From: an uncultured virus (IMG/VR IMGVR_UViG_3300042321_002025)
Lineage: Duplodnaviria; Heunggongvirae; Uroviricota; Caudoviricetes
Direction: 5' to 3' (one strand)
DNA: 64,000 bases
IMG/VR virus record: IMGVR_UViG_3300042321_002025
In this document: positions 56,450 to 64,000 of the stretch, piece by piece
Position numbering within the stretch: the stretch's first letter is position 1
Layout of the letters: every line of letters begins with the position of its first letter
Program-made: the position numbers and the translations under genes
The notes under the pieces: generated by a model
Told to the model about the DNA's origin: nothing
Databases searched by the model: none
The model's input: the letters and a program-made list of their open reading frames with translations, nothing else

Positions 56450-56490
56450 GGCCACACCCTCTGTCGAAAGATACGGTGTGGTTTTCTTTT
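56450..56490 (+). terminator. intrinsic terminator between convergent genes
   Basis: GGCCACACC...GGTGTGGTT hairpin followed by TTCTTTT. Confidence 0.6.
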
Positions 56491-56495
56491 GGTTA

Positions 56496-57866
56496 TTATA
56501 CGACTCTGGTGCTGTATAATATCATTCTTTGAAATGTTTCTTCCATATTCCTTACTGAAGGAATCTCGGTAACACTTTGAGATGGTTGATTTTGTGCATT
56601 GATATTTGTTGTATTGATTGTTTCATTAGCCGAAGTTGAATCCGTTGGTAAATTCATTTCTAAATTCTCATTAGTTGCTGGCATTACGGCTGCTGATGCA
56701 GGCGCCGAAGGCATTGGTGTGGCCGTGTCGGAAGATTCTGCTGAAGCCGTTGGTGTCGCTGTGGGTCCTGAATCAGCCTTTGGTGTCGCTGTGGGTCCTG
56801 AATCAGCCTTTGGTGTCGCTGTGGGTCCTGAATCAGCCTTTGGTGTCGCTGTGGGTCCTGAATCAGCCTTTGGTGTTGCTGATGTTGGTACCGTAGCCGG
56901 TTTGCCAAGTAACTTATCTCTTTCAATTTTATAATCTTGAACTGCTCGTGCAGCTTCTGGACCTCTCTCTGCATATCCTTTTAATTGTGCATCATTTAAT
57001 TTTTCACTTTCATTATAGTTCTTTTCAAAATTGGCAATTTCAGCTTTTGTTTTTTCATATTCAGGAAGTTTTCTAATACGGTCTTCCTCATCTTTAACAC
57101 CGGCAAGGCCACCAACTGATTCTGCTTGTTTTAAGGCCAAATTAAAAGGTGAGTTTGGATCTTTATCGTAACTGGATTCATCAGTCAAAACTTTATACAT
57201 GAAATAAGCAATACCAGCTGCAGCTGCTCCGCCTAATAAAACTCCACCAGCACCAGTAACAGCGGCTGTTGCTAAACTTCCCAATCCTCTAATTGCTAAT
57301 TTACCAAGGTCTTTTAATCCAAACATATCCAAGATATTATCAAATATTGAAACATCTGGTTCTTCTTTCTTTGTTGCCGTTTCTTCTTTTGTTGTTTTAT
57401 ATTTTAAAGCCTCAAGCAATTCTTTATGCCGTTGTTTAGCTTTTAATTCCCTTTCAAATATTTCTTCTTCTGTTGGTGATAGATTTTTAAGTGAGTGTCG
57501 AGAATCTTCTAACAAAAGATAAATCTCATTCAGCATCTCTAACATACCTTCTTCATTTTCACGAGTGGGTTTTATCTTTGATGCTGTATCCATTTTACCT
57601 TGTTTACCGGTAAAATATTTCATATCCTTTTCACTTCTACCCATCAATCTACCAACAAGAGCAGGAGCTAAATTTGAACCACCAGTCATAAATTTAGCAA
57701 TGTTCATTGGATCAAACTTTTTCTTTAAGTTTGTCATTCTTGCTTGGCTGCCTTCTGAAACGGATTTAGAAATGGATTTACCAAAAGATTCTCCACCGAC
57801 CATTTTCTCAGAGATTCTATCTGATAATGTTTTTTTTCTTATTCTATCGGCTTGTTCGTAGTTCAT
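56496..57866 (-). CDS. tape-measure/baseplate-hub-locus protein with hydrophobic segment and Pro/Thr repeats
   Basis: N-terminus paralogous to the 57869 ORF; Gly/Ala TM-like stretch; downstream of gp26/gp51. Confidence 0.6.
   Translation of the reverse strand: MNYEQADRIRKKTLSDRISEKMVGGESFGKSISKSVSEGSQARMTNLKKKFDPMNIAKFMTGGSNLAPALVGRLMGRSEKDMKYFTGKQGKMDTASKIKPTRENEEGMLEMLNEIYLLLEDSRHSLKNLSPTEEEIFERELKAKQRHKELLEALKYKTTKEETATKKEEPDVSIFDNILDMFGLKDLGKLAIRGLGSLATAAVTGAGGVLLGGAAAAGIAYFMYKVLTDESSYDKDPNSPFNLALKQAESVGGLAGVKDEEDRIRKLPEYEKTKAEIANFEKNYNESEKLNDAQLKGYAERGPEAARAVQDYKIERDKLLGKPATVPTSATPKADSGPTATPKADSGPTATPKADSGPTATPKADSGPTATPTASAESSDTATPMPSAPASAAVMPATNENLEMNLPTDSTSANETINTTNINAQNQPSQSVTEIPSVRNMEETFQRMILYSTRVV
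56751..56880 (-). repeat. 30-bp coding tandem repeat (4 perfect copies plus a partial)
   Basis: TGGTGTCGCTGTGGGTCCTGAATCAGCCTT x4, encoding PKADSGPTAT. Confidence 0.95.
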
Positions 57867-57868
57867 TC

Positions 57869-59512
57869 TTAACCTTTACTCTTTTCAAGAATTGCTGGCC
57901 TGTCATTCTCTTTTTGTTTTTTATTTGTTTGTTGTGTATTATTTGTTTGATTAACATTGGTGGTATTTACAATGTTTGCATTCTTATCTGATTCAGTTTG
58001 TTTCAAATCTTTATTTTCAACAGAAGCTGCGTTAATTTGATTACCGGTGTTTAAACCTTGTGATTCAAATTCTAAAGCCAATTCCGCTCGTTTGGTAGCT
58101 TTTTCACCTGTAGGATCAGAAAAACCAACGGCTTTATTTACTAATGATATATTTTCAAGAGATTTTGGATCTCCTTTAGTTAAATATGATTTATAATTTA
58201 AAAAGAACCAAGGTATAGATTTTGCAGCAACTTCAGGACTATTAAGTAAATCTGGATTAGAAATTAAATCCATTTTAAGATAATCACCTAAAGATTTATA
58301 TGCATTTTTTCCTGTAATTTGTAAAAAACCTCGGCCTCTATATTTCCACCCGTCACCTGGTTGAGAATTACCATCTGTTTTTGCATATACATGATTTGCT
58401 AGTGCTTCTGGATTTTTAACAAATTGTTGAGCAAATTCTTCACTAGGTATTCTATTTTTACCAAAAGTATTTTGAATTGCTTTTGCGGAAGAATAATTTA
58501 AATTTTCACTTTTTGCCACGAAATTAGATTCTGATTTTACTTGTGCCAATACATTTGCTTGTGCTTTAGAAGAAAGGCCAGCAGCAGCCAATGAAGAAAT
58601 GACGATTGCTGCAGACCCACCTAGTTTACCTGCCGCACCACCAACTATTGGAGGTTTAGCAGTTGGTGTTGCTGTTGGTGGTTTTACTTCTGGTTTTGGT
58701 GCAGGTGCCGTAGTTGACGGCTTAACTTCAGGCTTGGGAGCAGGCGCTGCCGAGGGTGGCTTTACTTCTGGTTTTGGTGCAGGTGCGGCCGTGGGTTTTT
58801 CTGCTTCTTTAGCAGGAGGCTTTGGTGCTTCTTTAACTGGTGGCTTTGGTGCTTCTTTAGTAGGAGGCTTTGGTGCTTCTTTAGCAGGTTCTTTTGGTGC
58901 TTCTTTAGCAGGTTTTTTACCTTTGCCTTTACCTTTACCTGGTGGTGTAGGTTTTGTTGGTGCACCAGGTTTTTCTTTTACTTCTTCTTTCTTTTTTCTT
59001 TTCTTTTTATCTTCTTCTTCTTTTTTCTTTCTGACCGTCAAAGCTGCAATGATGGCTTTATTTCTTTGTGTTTCTCTTTCCTCATTTGCATCATCTTCAT
59101 TTCTTCTGGCTTTGGCCAATGACTTTCGAGTTTCTTCAGCCATTTTTAATTCTTCATAAATCATTCCCAATACTTTAGTTGCTTCACCACCTTCTTCTAA
59201 TGCACCACCAGTTTCAAAATTAACTCCTCGTGCAGAAGGTCTTTTTCTTGGTTTGGCAAAATGTTCTATTGTGGATTGTTTACGACCCATTAAACGGCCG
59301 AGAAGTGCTGGTGCTAGATTAGAACCGCCAGTAAGTTTCTTGGCAATATTGAGTGGGTCGAACTTTTCTTGAATGCCAGTGAATGTGGCTTTGGTTCTAT
59401 CGGATATAGCAGAACCAAAAGACGAACCAATGCCTTGACCTTCAACCAAATTGTCGGTGATGAGGCCTGCTAGTCCTTTTTTTCGTATGCCTTCAGCTTT
59501 GCCGTATTCCAT
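57869..59512 (-). CDS. virion-associated GH19 lysozyme-domain protein (tape-measure/hub locus)
   Basis: Pro/Lys-rich linker; AQVKSES, ENLNYS and GDGWKYRGRGFLQITG motifs. Confidence 0.75.
   Translation of the reverse strand: MEYGKAEGIRKKGLAGLITDNLVEGQGIGSSFGSAISDRTKATFTGIQEKFDPLNIAKKLTGGSNLAPALLGRLMGRKQSTIEHFAKPRKRPSARGVNFETGGALEEGGEATKVLGMIYEELKMAEETRKSLAKARRNEDDANEERETQRNKAIIAALTVRKKKEEEDKKKRKKKEEVKEKPGAPTKPTPPGKGKGKGKKPAKEAPKEPAKEAPKPPTKEAPKPPVKEAPKPPAKEAEKPTAAPAPKPEVKPPSAAPAPKPEVKPSTTAPAPKPEVKPPTATPTAKPPIVGGAAGKLGGSAAIVISSLAAAGLSSKAQANVLAQVKSESNFVAKSENLNYSSAKAIQNTFGKNRIPSEEFAQQFVKNPEALANHVYAKTDGNSQPGDGWKYRGRGFLQITGKNAYKSLGDYLKMDLISNPDLLNSPEVAAKSIPWFFLNYKSYLTKGDPKSLENISLVNKAVGFSDPTGEKATKRAELALEFESQGLNTGNQINAASVENKDLKQTESDKNANIVNTTNVNQTNNTQQTNKKQKENDRPAILEKSKG
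58800..58915 (-). repeat. 24-bp imperfect coding repeats
   Basis: Encode (P/E)P(A/T/V)KEAPK about 5 times. Confidence 0.8.
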
Positions 59513-59698
59513 TTACTTTTTTCTTTGTCTTTCCCGTATCTTTTGGTTTTCTTCTTCAATATACGCAATCAACATAGAAACGTAAATGTCCCGCTCCCAA
59601 GGCATCATATTTTCAAGCTCTGACAAACTATACTTATGGTGATGTATCAACGCAAAGTTTGTCTTATAGTAATTCTTTAAATTGTCATGACGAAATAT
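59513..59698 (-). CDS. gp51: baseplate hub assembly protein gp51-like (no start codon before the conserved N-terminus)
   Basis: IFRHDNLKNYYKTNFALIHHHKYSLSELENMMPWERDIYV...; in the -1 frame relative to gp26. Confidence 0.8.
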   Translation of the reverse strand: MFRHDNLKNYYKTNFALIHHHKYSLSELENMMPWERDIYVSMLIAYIEEENQKIRERQRKK

Positions 59699-60423
59699 TA
59701 AACGAAAAAACTTTCAAGTCCTTCTACTTCAATTTTGTGGTCAAAACCACATTTGTTACATTTAATATCTAATGTTTCTTTTAGTTTTGGTAAATTATTA
59801 AAAAAGTTTTCTATCTTACCAAATTGTTCTTGGTTTAAACCTTCAACAAACTCCATTAATTCTTCTGGTGTTGATTCAGTTGCGTAGTAAAATTGTTCAC
59901 CATCATAAATGTATTCAATACTCTGTGCAATCATATGAAAGGTGACATCATTAATATTTTCATATTGCAAAGAATCTTTAACAATACCAAACTCTGGATA
60001 CTTTAACTTAATTGAAATGTTTGATGTGAGATTAATCTCAGCCGAAACATCTTCATTCATTTGTACCTGAATTTGAGTTAAATCAACTTCTTTCTCCATA
60101 ATATTACCACATTCAACATCGTCAACCACATTATTACAACGATACCGTGATTCAACTATCTCACCAACTGATTTGGCACGAAGATTGACGAAGTAATATT
60201 CAACATCAATGATGGGCAACTTCTCTATGTTCACACCTTCAGTAAGTGTGCAGTTATACAAAATGTCTTTAATGTTCTGTTGAATGGTAGACGATTCAGA
60301 CGATTCAATCGCCATTAATAGATTTCTTTGTTCTTTAACAAGAAACGGTCTATATTTAATTTTAGTTTTTGAAACCGGCAACTCAATTTCATATGTCGGC
60401 ACGTCAAGTTTTGGTAAAGCCAT
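59698..60423 (-). CDS. gp26: baseplate hub assembly protein gp26-like
   Basis: MALPK...YRPFLVKE, LRAKSVGE, CxxC, EGLESFF ending. Confidence 0.88.
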   Translation of the reverse strand: MALPKLDVPTYEIELPVSKTKIKYRPFLVKEQRNLLMAIESSESSTIQQNIKDILYNCTLTEGVNIEKLPIIDVEYYFVNLRAKSVGEIVESRYRCNNVVDDVECGNIMEKEVDLTQIQVQMNEDVSAEINLTSNISIKLKYPEFGIVKDSLQYENINDVTFHMIAQSIEYIYDGEQFYYATESTPEELMEFVEGLNQEQFGKIENFFNNLPKLKETLDIKCNKCGFDHKIEVEGLESFFV

Positions 60424-60454
60424 AATTAACTCCTATAATAAATTAATAAAATTA

Positions 60455-61165
60455 TTACACATTCGGTAGTTGCCTTGGTGTCTGCTCGTTTGGTATTGAA
60501 GGTATATTTTGAGTCGCTAAGGAATTTGGAATTAAATTACCCGCTTGACCTAAAGCACCAATTGCATTACCACCTAAACCACCAATTGCATCAGAAACAG
60601 CTGCAATACCGGCATCAACCAATTGCATACCGTAAGCCTGCAACGAATTGTTCTGCCAGTATGTGTATGCAAAAGTAACTCTTAGTTTGTGATAACCATC
60701 AACCGCCCAATCTAAATCTAAAGCTTCAATAGAAACAGGATAAGCATCATATAAATTACAAGAATATGATATTTGATTCGTAACGTCATACTGATTTACA
60801 GTAATAACTGTTGCATAATCACCTTTGTATCTAAAATTGTAATTGTATTGTGGGTTGATAAAGTTTAACCAAGCGTCAAAAAATACCTTTTGGCTCATAT
60901 CATCATCAACAATGAATGTTAATTGTATATCATTAAATGTTGTAAGATAAGGATATTTCTCAACAGGATTTGAACCAATCTTTTGTTCTGTTGTTGCCAA
61001 AGACCTGCCAGGTAAACTAGCACTTTCACACCGATAGTTCAAACTCTTTGCATTATTGACATAAGGTATCAAAGTTAATGGAACAGGAATGTTGACATCA
61101 AACTTATTTGGTCGTGCAATTTCTTTTCTAAAACTTGCTTTAAATTCGGTAATCGAACCTGCCAT
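60455..61165 (-). CDS. gp54: tail tube initiator (gp54-like, gp19 family)
   Basis: ARPNKF.V, CESASLPG, FFDAW and LYDAYP motifs. Confidence 0.7.
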   Translation of the reverse strand: MAGSITEFKASFRKEIARPNKFDVNIPVPLTLIPYVNNAKSLNYRCESASLPGRSLATTEQKIGSNPVEKYPYLTTFNDIQLTFIVDDDMSQKVFFDAWLNFINPQYNYNFRYKGDYATVITVNQYDVTNQISYSCNLYDAYPVSIEALDLDWAVDGYHKLRVTFAYTYWQNNSLQAYGMQLVDAGIAAVSDAIGGLGGNAIGALGQAGNLIPNSLATQNIPSIPNEQTPRQLPNV

Positions 61166-61174
61166 TTTGTTTCC

Positions 61175-61759
61175 TTATCGTATCTGCTCTAGTGATTCTT
61201 GCCACACCTGAGATGTGGAAGCTTTTCTAAACTGTTGAATTGGCAAGAATGCCGCAACGTCCCATTCATTTGGCTGCACGGCAAGTATTTTTGACTGAAC
61301 ATGGCTCATCAGATACTTTTTGAAGCATGGTTTAAACTCTTTAAACCGTCTGGAGGCGTTTAATATGTCGTAGGTGACATTCATACGCTGTATGTCTTTA
61401 TTGCCGTCAACTACCGCAAAATCCATCAATTTATCCAAAAAGGCGACTCGGTACTGAATTGGTAAATAATGCAGGTTCAAACCAGTAAAACTATCTGCCT
61501 CAATGTTGAGTACCAATACCAATGGAAATCGGTCATAATATGGTAAATCTGCTTTTGTTTTTGGATCATAATAAAAGAAATATAAACCACCATTGTAAAA
61601 GTGATTACCTCTATCTTCTCGTGCAATCGTAGAAGCGATGCCTGTAGGATTACTAAGCGAACTAATCTTCTTGGTCATCCAACGATAAGCATCTCGGCTC
61701 ATCGTTTGAAGTTCCGAAGCGGTTTTTTGTCTTGCTAGTTGTGTAAGTTTAGAGCTCAA
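61175..61759 (-). CDS. gp2: DNA end protector protein (gp2-like)
   Basis: YDPKTK..LPYYDRFPL, GLNLHYL and KPC.K.YL..HV motifs; TTG start. Confidence 0.88.
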   Translation of the reverse strand: MSSKLTQLARQKTASELQTMSRDAYRWMTKKISSLSNPTGIASTIAREDRGNHFYNGGLYFFYYDPKTKADLPYYDRFPLVLVLNIEADSFTGLNLHYLPIQYRVAFLDKLMDFAVVDGNKDIQRMNVTYDILNASRRFKEFKPCFKKYLMSHVQSKILAVQPNEWDVAAFLPIQQFRKASTSQVWQESLEQIR

Positions 61760-61774
61760 TATATTTCCAAGTGT

Positions 61775-61782
61775 TATAAATA
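61775..61782 (+). promoter_or_regulatory. T4 late promoter
   Basis: TATAAATA upstream of the NUMOD3 ORF. Confidence 0.7.
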
Positions 61783-61841
61783 GGTGTAGGCCACGATATT
61801 AACGGTATCCGCCTACTCTAACATTGTAAAGGAATGCCAGT

Positions 61842-62243
61842 ATGAGTATTTATAAGCTCACCAAAGAAGAACAAAGAATAGTAGATATTAATCTTTGTAG
61901 ACATTTCAACATAGAATATACACCAAGAGAATATGAGGACGTCTGCTTTGAATATAACCACAACGGTTGGGGTGGTGCAACTATGGGTACCACAGGTTAC
62001 AAATACACAGAACAACAAAGAAAGAATATAAGCAATAGTTTAAAAGGTAAATGCAAAGGTTTTTCTGGAAAACATACTCTAGAAACAAAAAAGAAAATAT
62101 CTTTAAAACAAACTGGTAAGAAAGCTTCCGAAGAAACAAAACTAAAGATGTCTAAAACACGAAAAGGAAAAGGACATTCAGAAGAAACTAAGCAAAAAAT
62201 GCGAGAATTGGCTTTAATTAGGGAAGCACTAAAAAGACGGTAG
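61842..62243 (+). CDS. NUMOD3-repeat protein (homing endonuclease derivative)
   Basis: Repeated GKHTLETKKKIS / GKKASEETKLKMS / GHSEETKQKM; no GIY-YIG or HNH motif visible. Confidence 0.75.
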   Translation: MSIYKLTKEEQRIVDINLCRHFNIEYTPREYEDVCFEYNHNGWGGATMGTTGYKYTEQQRKNISNSLKGKCKGFSGKHTLETKKKISLKQTGKKASEETKLKMSKTRKGKGHSEETKQKMRELALIREALKRR

Positions 62244-62666
62244 GTGATCCTCCGTTAATATTACAAAGTCCCAGCCTCGGTCCGCACAATATTCTTTAGC
62301 TTGTTGCCACTTTGCCTGATTAACTCCCCAGGTTGTCACTTCCGTAATATATCGTTTTGTCACTCTTTTTTGTTTTTCTGGTGGCTGTGTCTGTTTTTTT
62401 GGTTTAACTTCAACCATCCATGTCTTTAAAATGCCATCTTTGGTACGAACTTTAATTATGAAATCAGGAAAGTATCTATGGTATCGGCCGTCTACTGGTG
62501 ACATATAAGGAATGGCAGTTTCTTCACTTGACCACGAAACACACCAATCGGCTTTATCAAAATGATGCATAAACCTCACCTCCCACGAACTGCGGTAGAT
62601 GATATTATTATAATCCCCAATGTATTTTTGGGGGTTAGAGGGTGTAAATCGTCCAGAATATGCCAT
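62229..62666 (-). CDS. gp4: head completion nuclease (gp4-like)
   Basis: NPQKY.GD...I.YRSSWE, WSSEE, YFPDF, EVKP and NQAKW motifs. Confidence 0.9.
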   Translation of the reverse strand: MAYSGRFTPSNPQKYIGDYNNIIYRSSWEVRFMHHFDKADWCVSWSSEETAIPYMSPVDGRYHRYFPDFIIKVRTKDGILKTWMVEVKPKKQTQPPEKQKRVTKRYITEVTTWGVNQAKWQQAKEYCADRGWDFVILTEDHLPSF

Positions 62667-62704
62667 AAATATAGTATTATGTATCTCTCTTTTAGGACAA
62701 CCTA

Positions 62705-63649
62705 ATGGCTATCATTTCAATACCAACATCCATCGGCGGTGTATCCATACCCGGTGCAGTAGTCAACGGACCACTTGGTGCTCTTTATCAAAACAAGTTT
62801 GGTCGAACCGATTTACAGTATCCAAGAGATTTGCAATCGGCCACCAGAGGCCATTATGTTCAGTTTACAATTGGTGAAATTAAACCAGCCACATTTAATG
62901 AAGTAACAGATAAACTTCTTGGTGCAGCCAAGTCAGCGGCCGCTGGAATCACAGATGCAATTACGAGTCCTTTAGAAACATACAATCAATTAGCTAGTGG
63001 TATTTCTAAGTTTCGTGAAGATCCGAACAGTATTTTAAAATCAGTTCAGTTCACTCAGCCAGAATTAAAAACAGTTGGAACAATTTCATTATATATTCCA
63101 GAAACAGTAAACTTTACATATGCAGCTCAGTATGACAAATTAAGTTTAGCCACTGCAGCACAACAAACACCTATTATTGGTAAAGCAGCTAAAACTGTTT
63201 TGGGAGCCATTAATTCAGGACCAGCCAAATTATTATTAAGAGGTCAAGGTTACGCTTTTAACCCACAACAACAAATTTTGTTTGAAGGTATTGATTTTAG
63301 AACTTATCAAATGGCTTTTACATTTACACCATATTCAAGACAAGAAGCCGCAACTGTAGAAAAGATTATTAAACTATTTAAAGTTCATGCCGCTCCTCGA
63401 CTTGCTACAGGTTCAGCCGGTATGTTTTTTGTACCACCCTCTATTTTTACACCAAAATTCTTTTTTAATGGTCAAGAAAATAAAAAAATTAATAAGATAA
63501 CAAAAAGTGTTATAGAAAATATTGATGTGAATTATGCACCAAATGGTTTTACCACTCAATCTGATGGTGCACCAACTCAAATTCAATTAACTATTAATTT
63601 TAAAGAAATCGAACTCTTGACAAGAGATAGAATAGAACAGGGATATTAA
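62705..63649 (+). CDS. gp48: baseplate tail tube cap (gp48-like)
   Basis: LQYP, ISLYIP, NP....LFEG..FR...F.F.F.P and FKEIE motifs; CATAAATA at 62664. Confidence 0.8.
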   Translation: MAIISIPTSIGGVSIPGAVVNGPLGALYQNKFGRTDLQYPRDLQSATRGHYVQFTIGEIKPATFNEVTDKLLGAAKSAAAGITDAITSPLETYNQLASGISKFREDPNSILKSVQFTQPELKTVGTISLYIPETVNFTYAAQYDKLSLATAAQQTPIIGKAAKTVLGAINSGPAKLLLRGQGYAFNPQQQILFEGIDFRTYQMAFTFTPYSRQEAATVEKIIKLFKVHAAPRLATGSAGMFFVPPSIFTPKFFFNGQENKKINKITKSVIENIDVNYAPNGFTTQSDGAPTQIQLTINFKEIELLTRDRIEQGY

Positions 63650-63650
63650 A

Positions 63651-64000
63651 ATGCAATATTTTAATACATTACCAAAAATTATAAAGACAGACGCAAATCG
63701 TAATTCTGTTGTTATGACCGATTTGATGGCTCGGTGTTCCATTATACCTGAGATATTAAAAAATCCAATGGTGTATTATGACTACGATGTGCAAGATGGT
63801 GACACACCTGAAATTGTGGCATACAAATACTATGGTGATTCTTATCGATATTGGATTGTTTTATTTGCAAATCAAATAACAGACCCACAATGGGATTGGC
63901 CATTATCAACTAATGATTTTGATGCTTACATAGCAAATAAGTATACTTCATTTAATCCTTATTCAACTGTGCAACATTATGAAAAAATTGTTACACAATA
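63651..64000 (+). CDS. gp53: baseplate wedge protein gp53-like, truncated by the window end
   Basis: MQYFNTLPKI...YDVQDGDTPEIVAYKYYGDSYRYWIVLFANQI.DPQWDWP. Confidence 0.85.
   Translation, partial: MQYFNTLPKIIKTDANRNSVVMTDLMARCSIIPEILKNPMVYYDYDVQDGDTPEIVAYKYYGDSYRYWIVLFANQITDPQWDWPLSTNDFDAYIANKYTSFNPYSTVQHYEKIVTQ

Noticed and set aside
56751..56880. Perfect 30-bp repeats as a CRISPR array
   Set aside because: No spacers; the unit is a multiple of 3 and lies in frame in a CDS
56599..59159. Plus-strand ORFs of 73-186 aa
   Set aside because: Antisense shadows of repeat-rich minus-strand genes
1..64000. Stop-codon reassignment or a diversity-generating retroelement
   Set aside because: Core genes are full length in the standard code; no reverse transcriptase or TR/VR pair was seen

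Overview
This is a 64-kb segment of an AT-rich T4-like myovirus genome; no cellular housekeeping genes are visible. Gene order: (i) lysis/membrane cassette with overlapping Rz/Rz1-type spanins, a secreted SNase-like nuclease, a GH19 endolysin and holin candidates; (ii) DNA metabolism genes (gp61 primase, thyX, nrdA, nrdB, RNase H); (iii) a ~20-kb early region of small ORFs behind sigma70-type promoters, with a zincin-VWA gene, a MoxR/CobS-like AAA+ gene and one tRNA-Glu; (iv) auxiliary genes (rubredoxin, rubrerythrin, GalE-like epimerase, DenV-like glycosylase, PhoH); (v) two AT-rich accessory islands behind T4-type late promoters; (vi) exonuclease, gp33, gp59, gp32; (vii) tail/baseplate genes gp51, gp26, gp54, gp2, gp4, gp48, gp53. 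Spanins imply a Gram-negative host, and the Bug/TctC genes hint at Betaproteobacteria (inference). The best novelty candidates are: a late-expressed cluster of tailoring-like enzymes (3 AsnB-like PP-loop ATPases, 5 HxD..H oxygenase-like proteins, a desaturase, a GNAT, 2 Bug/TctC binding proteins) beside an orphan gp38-like adhesin; a GTGTTG-N8-CAACAC palindrome phased upstream of seven early promoters; structured RNA elements (two matching RNase III-like hairpins and two tandem long-stem RNAs); and a probable -1 frameshift fusing gp26 to gp51. All family calls come from motif recognition by eye; no database search was run.
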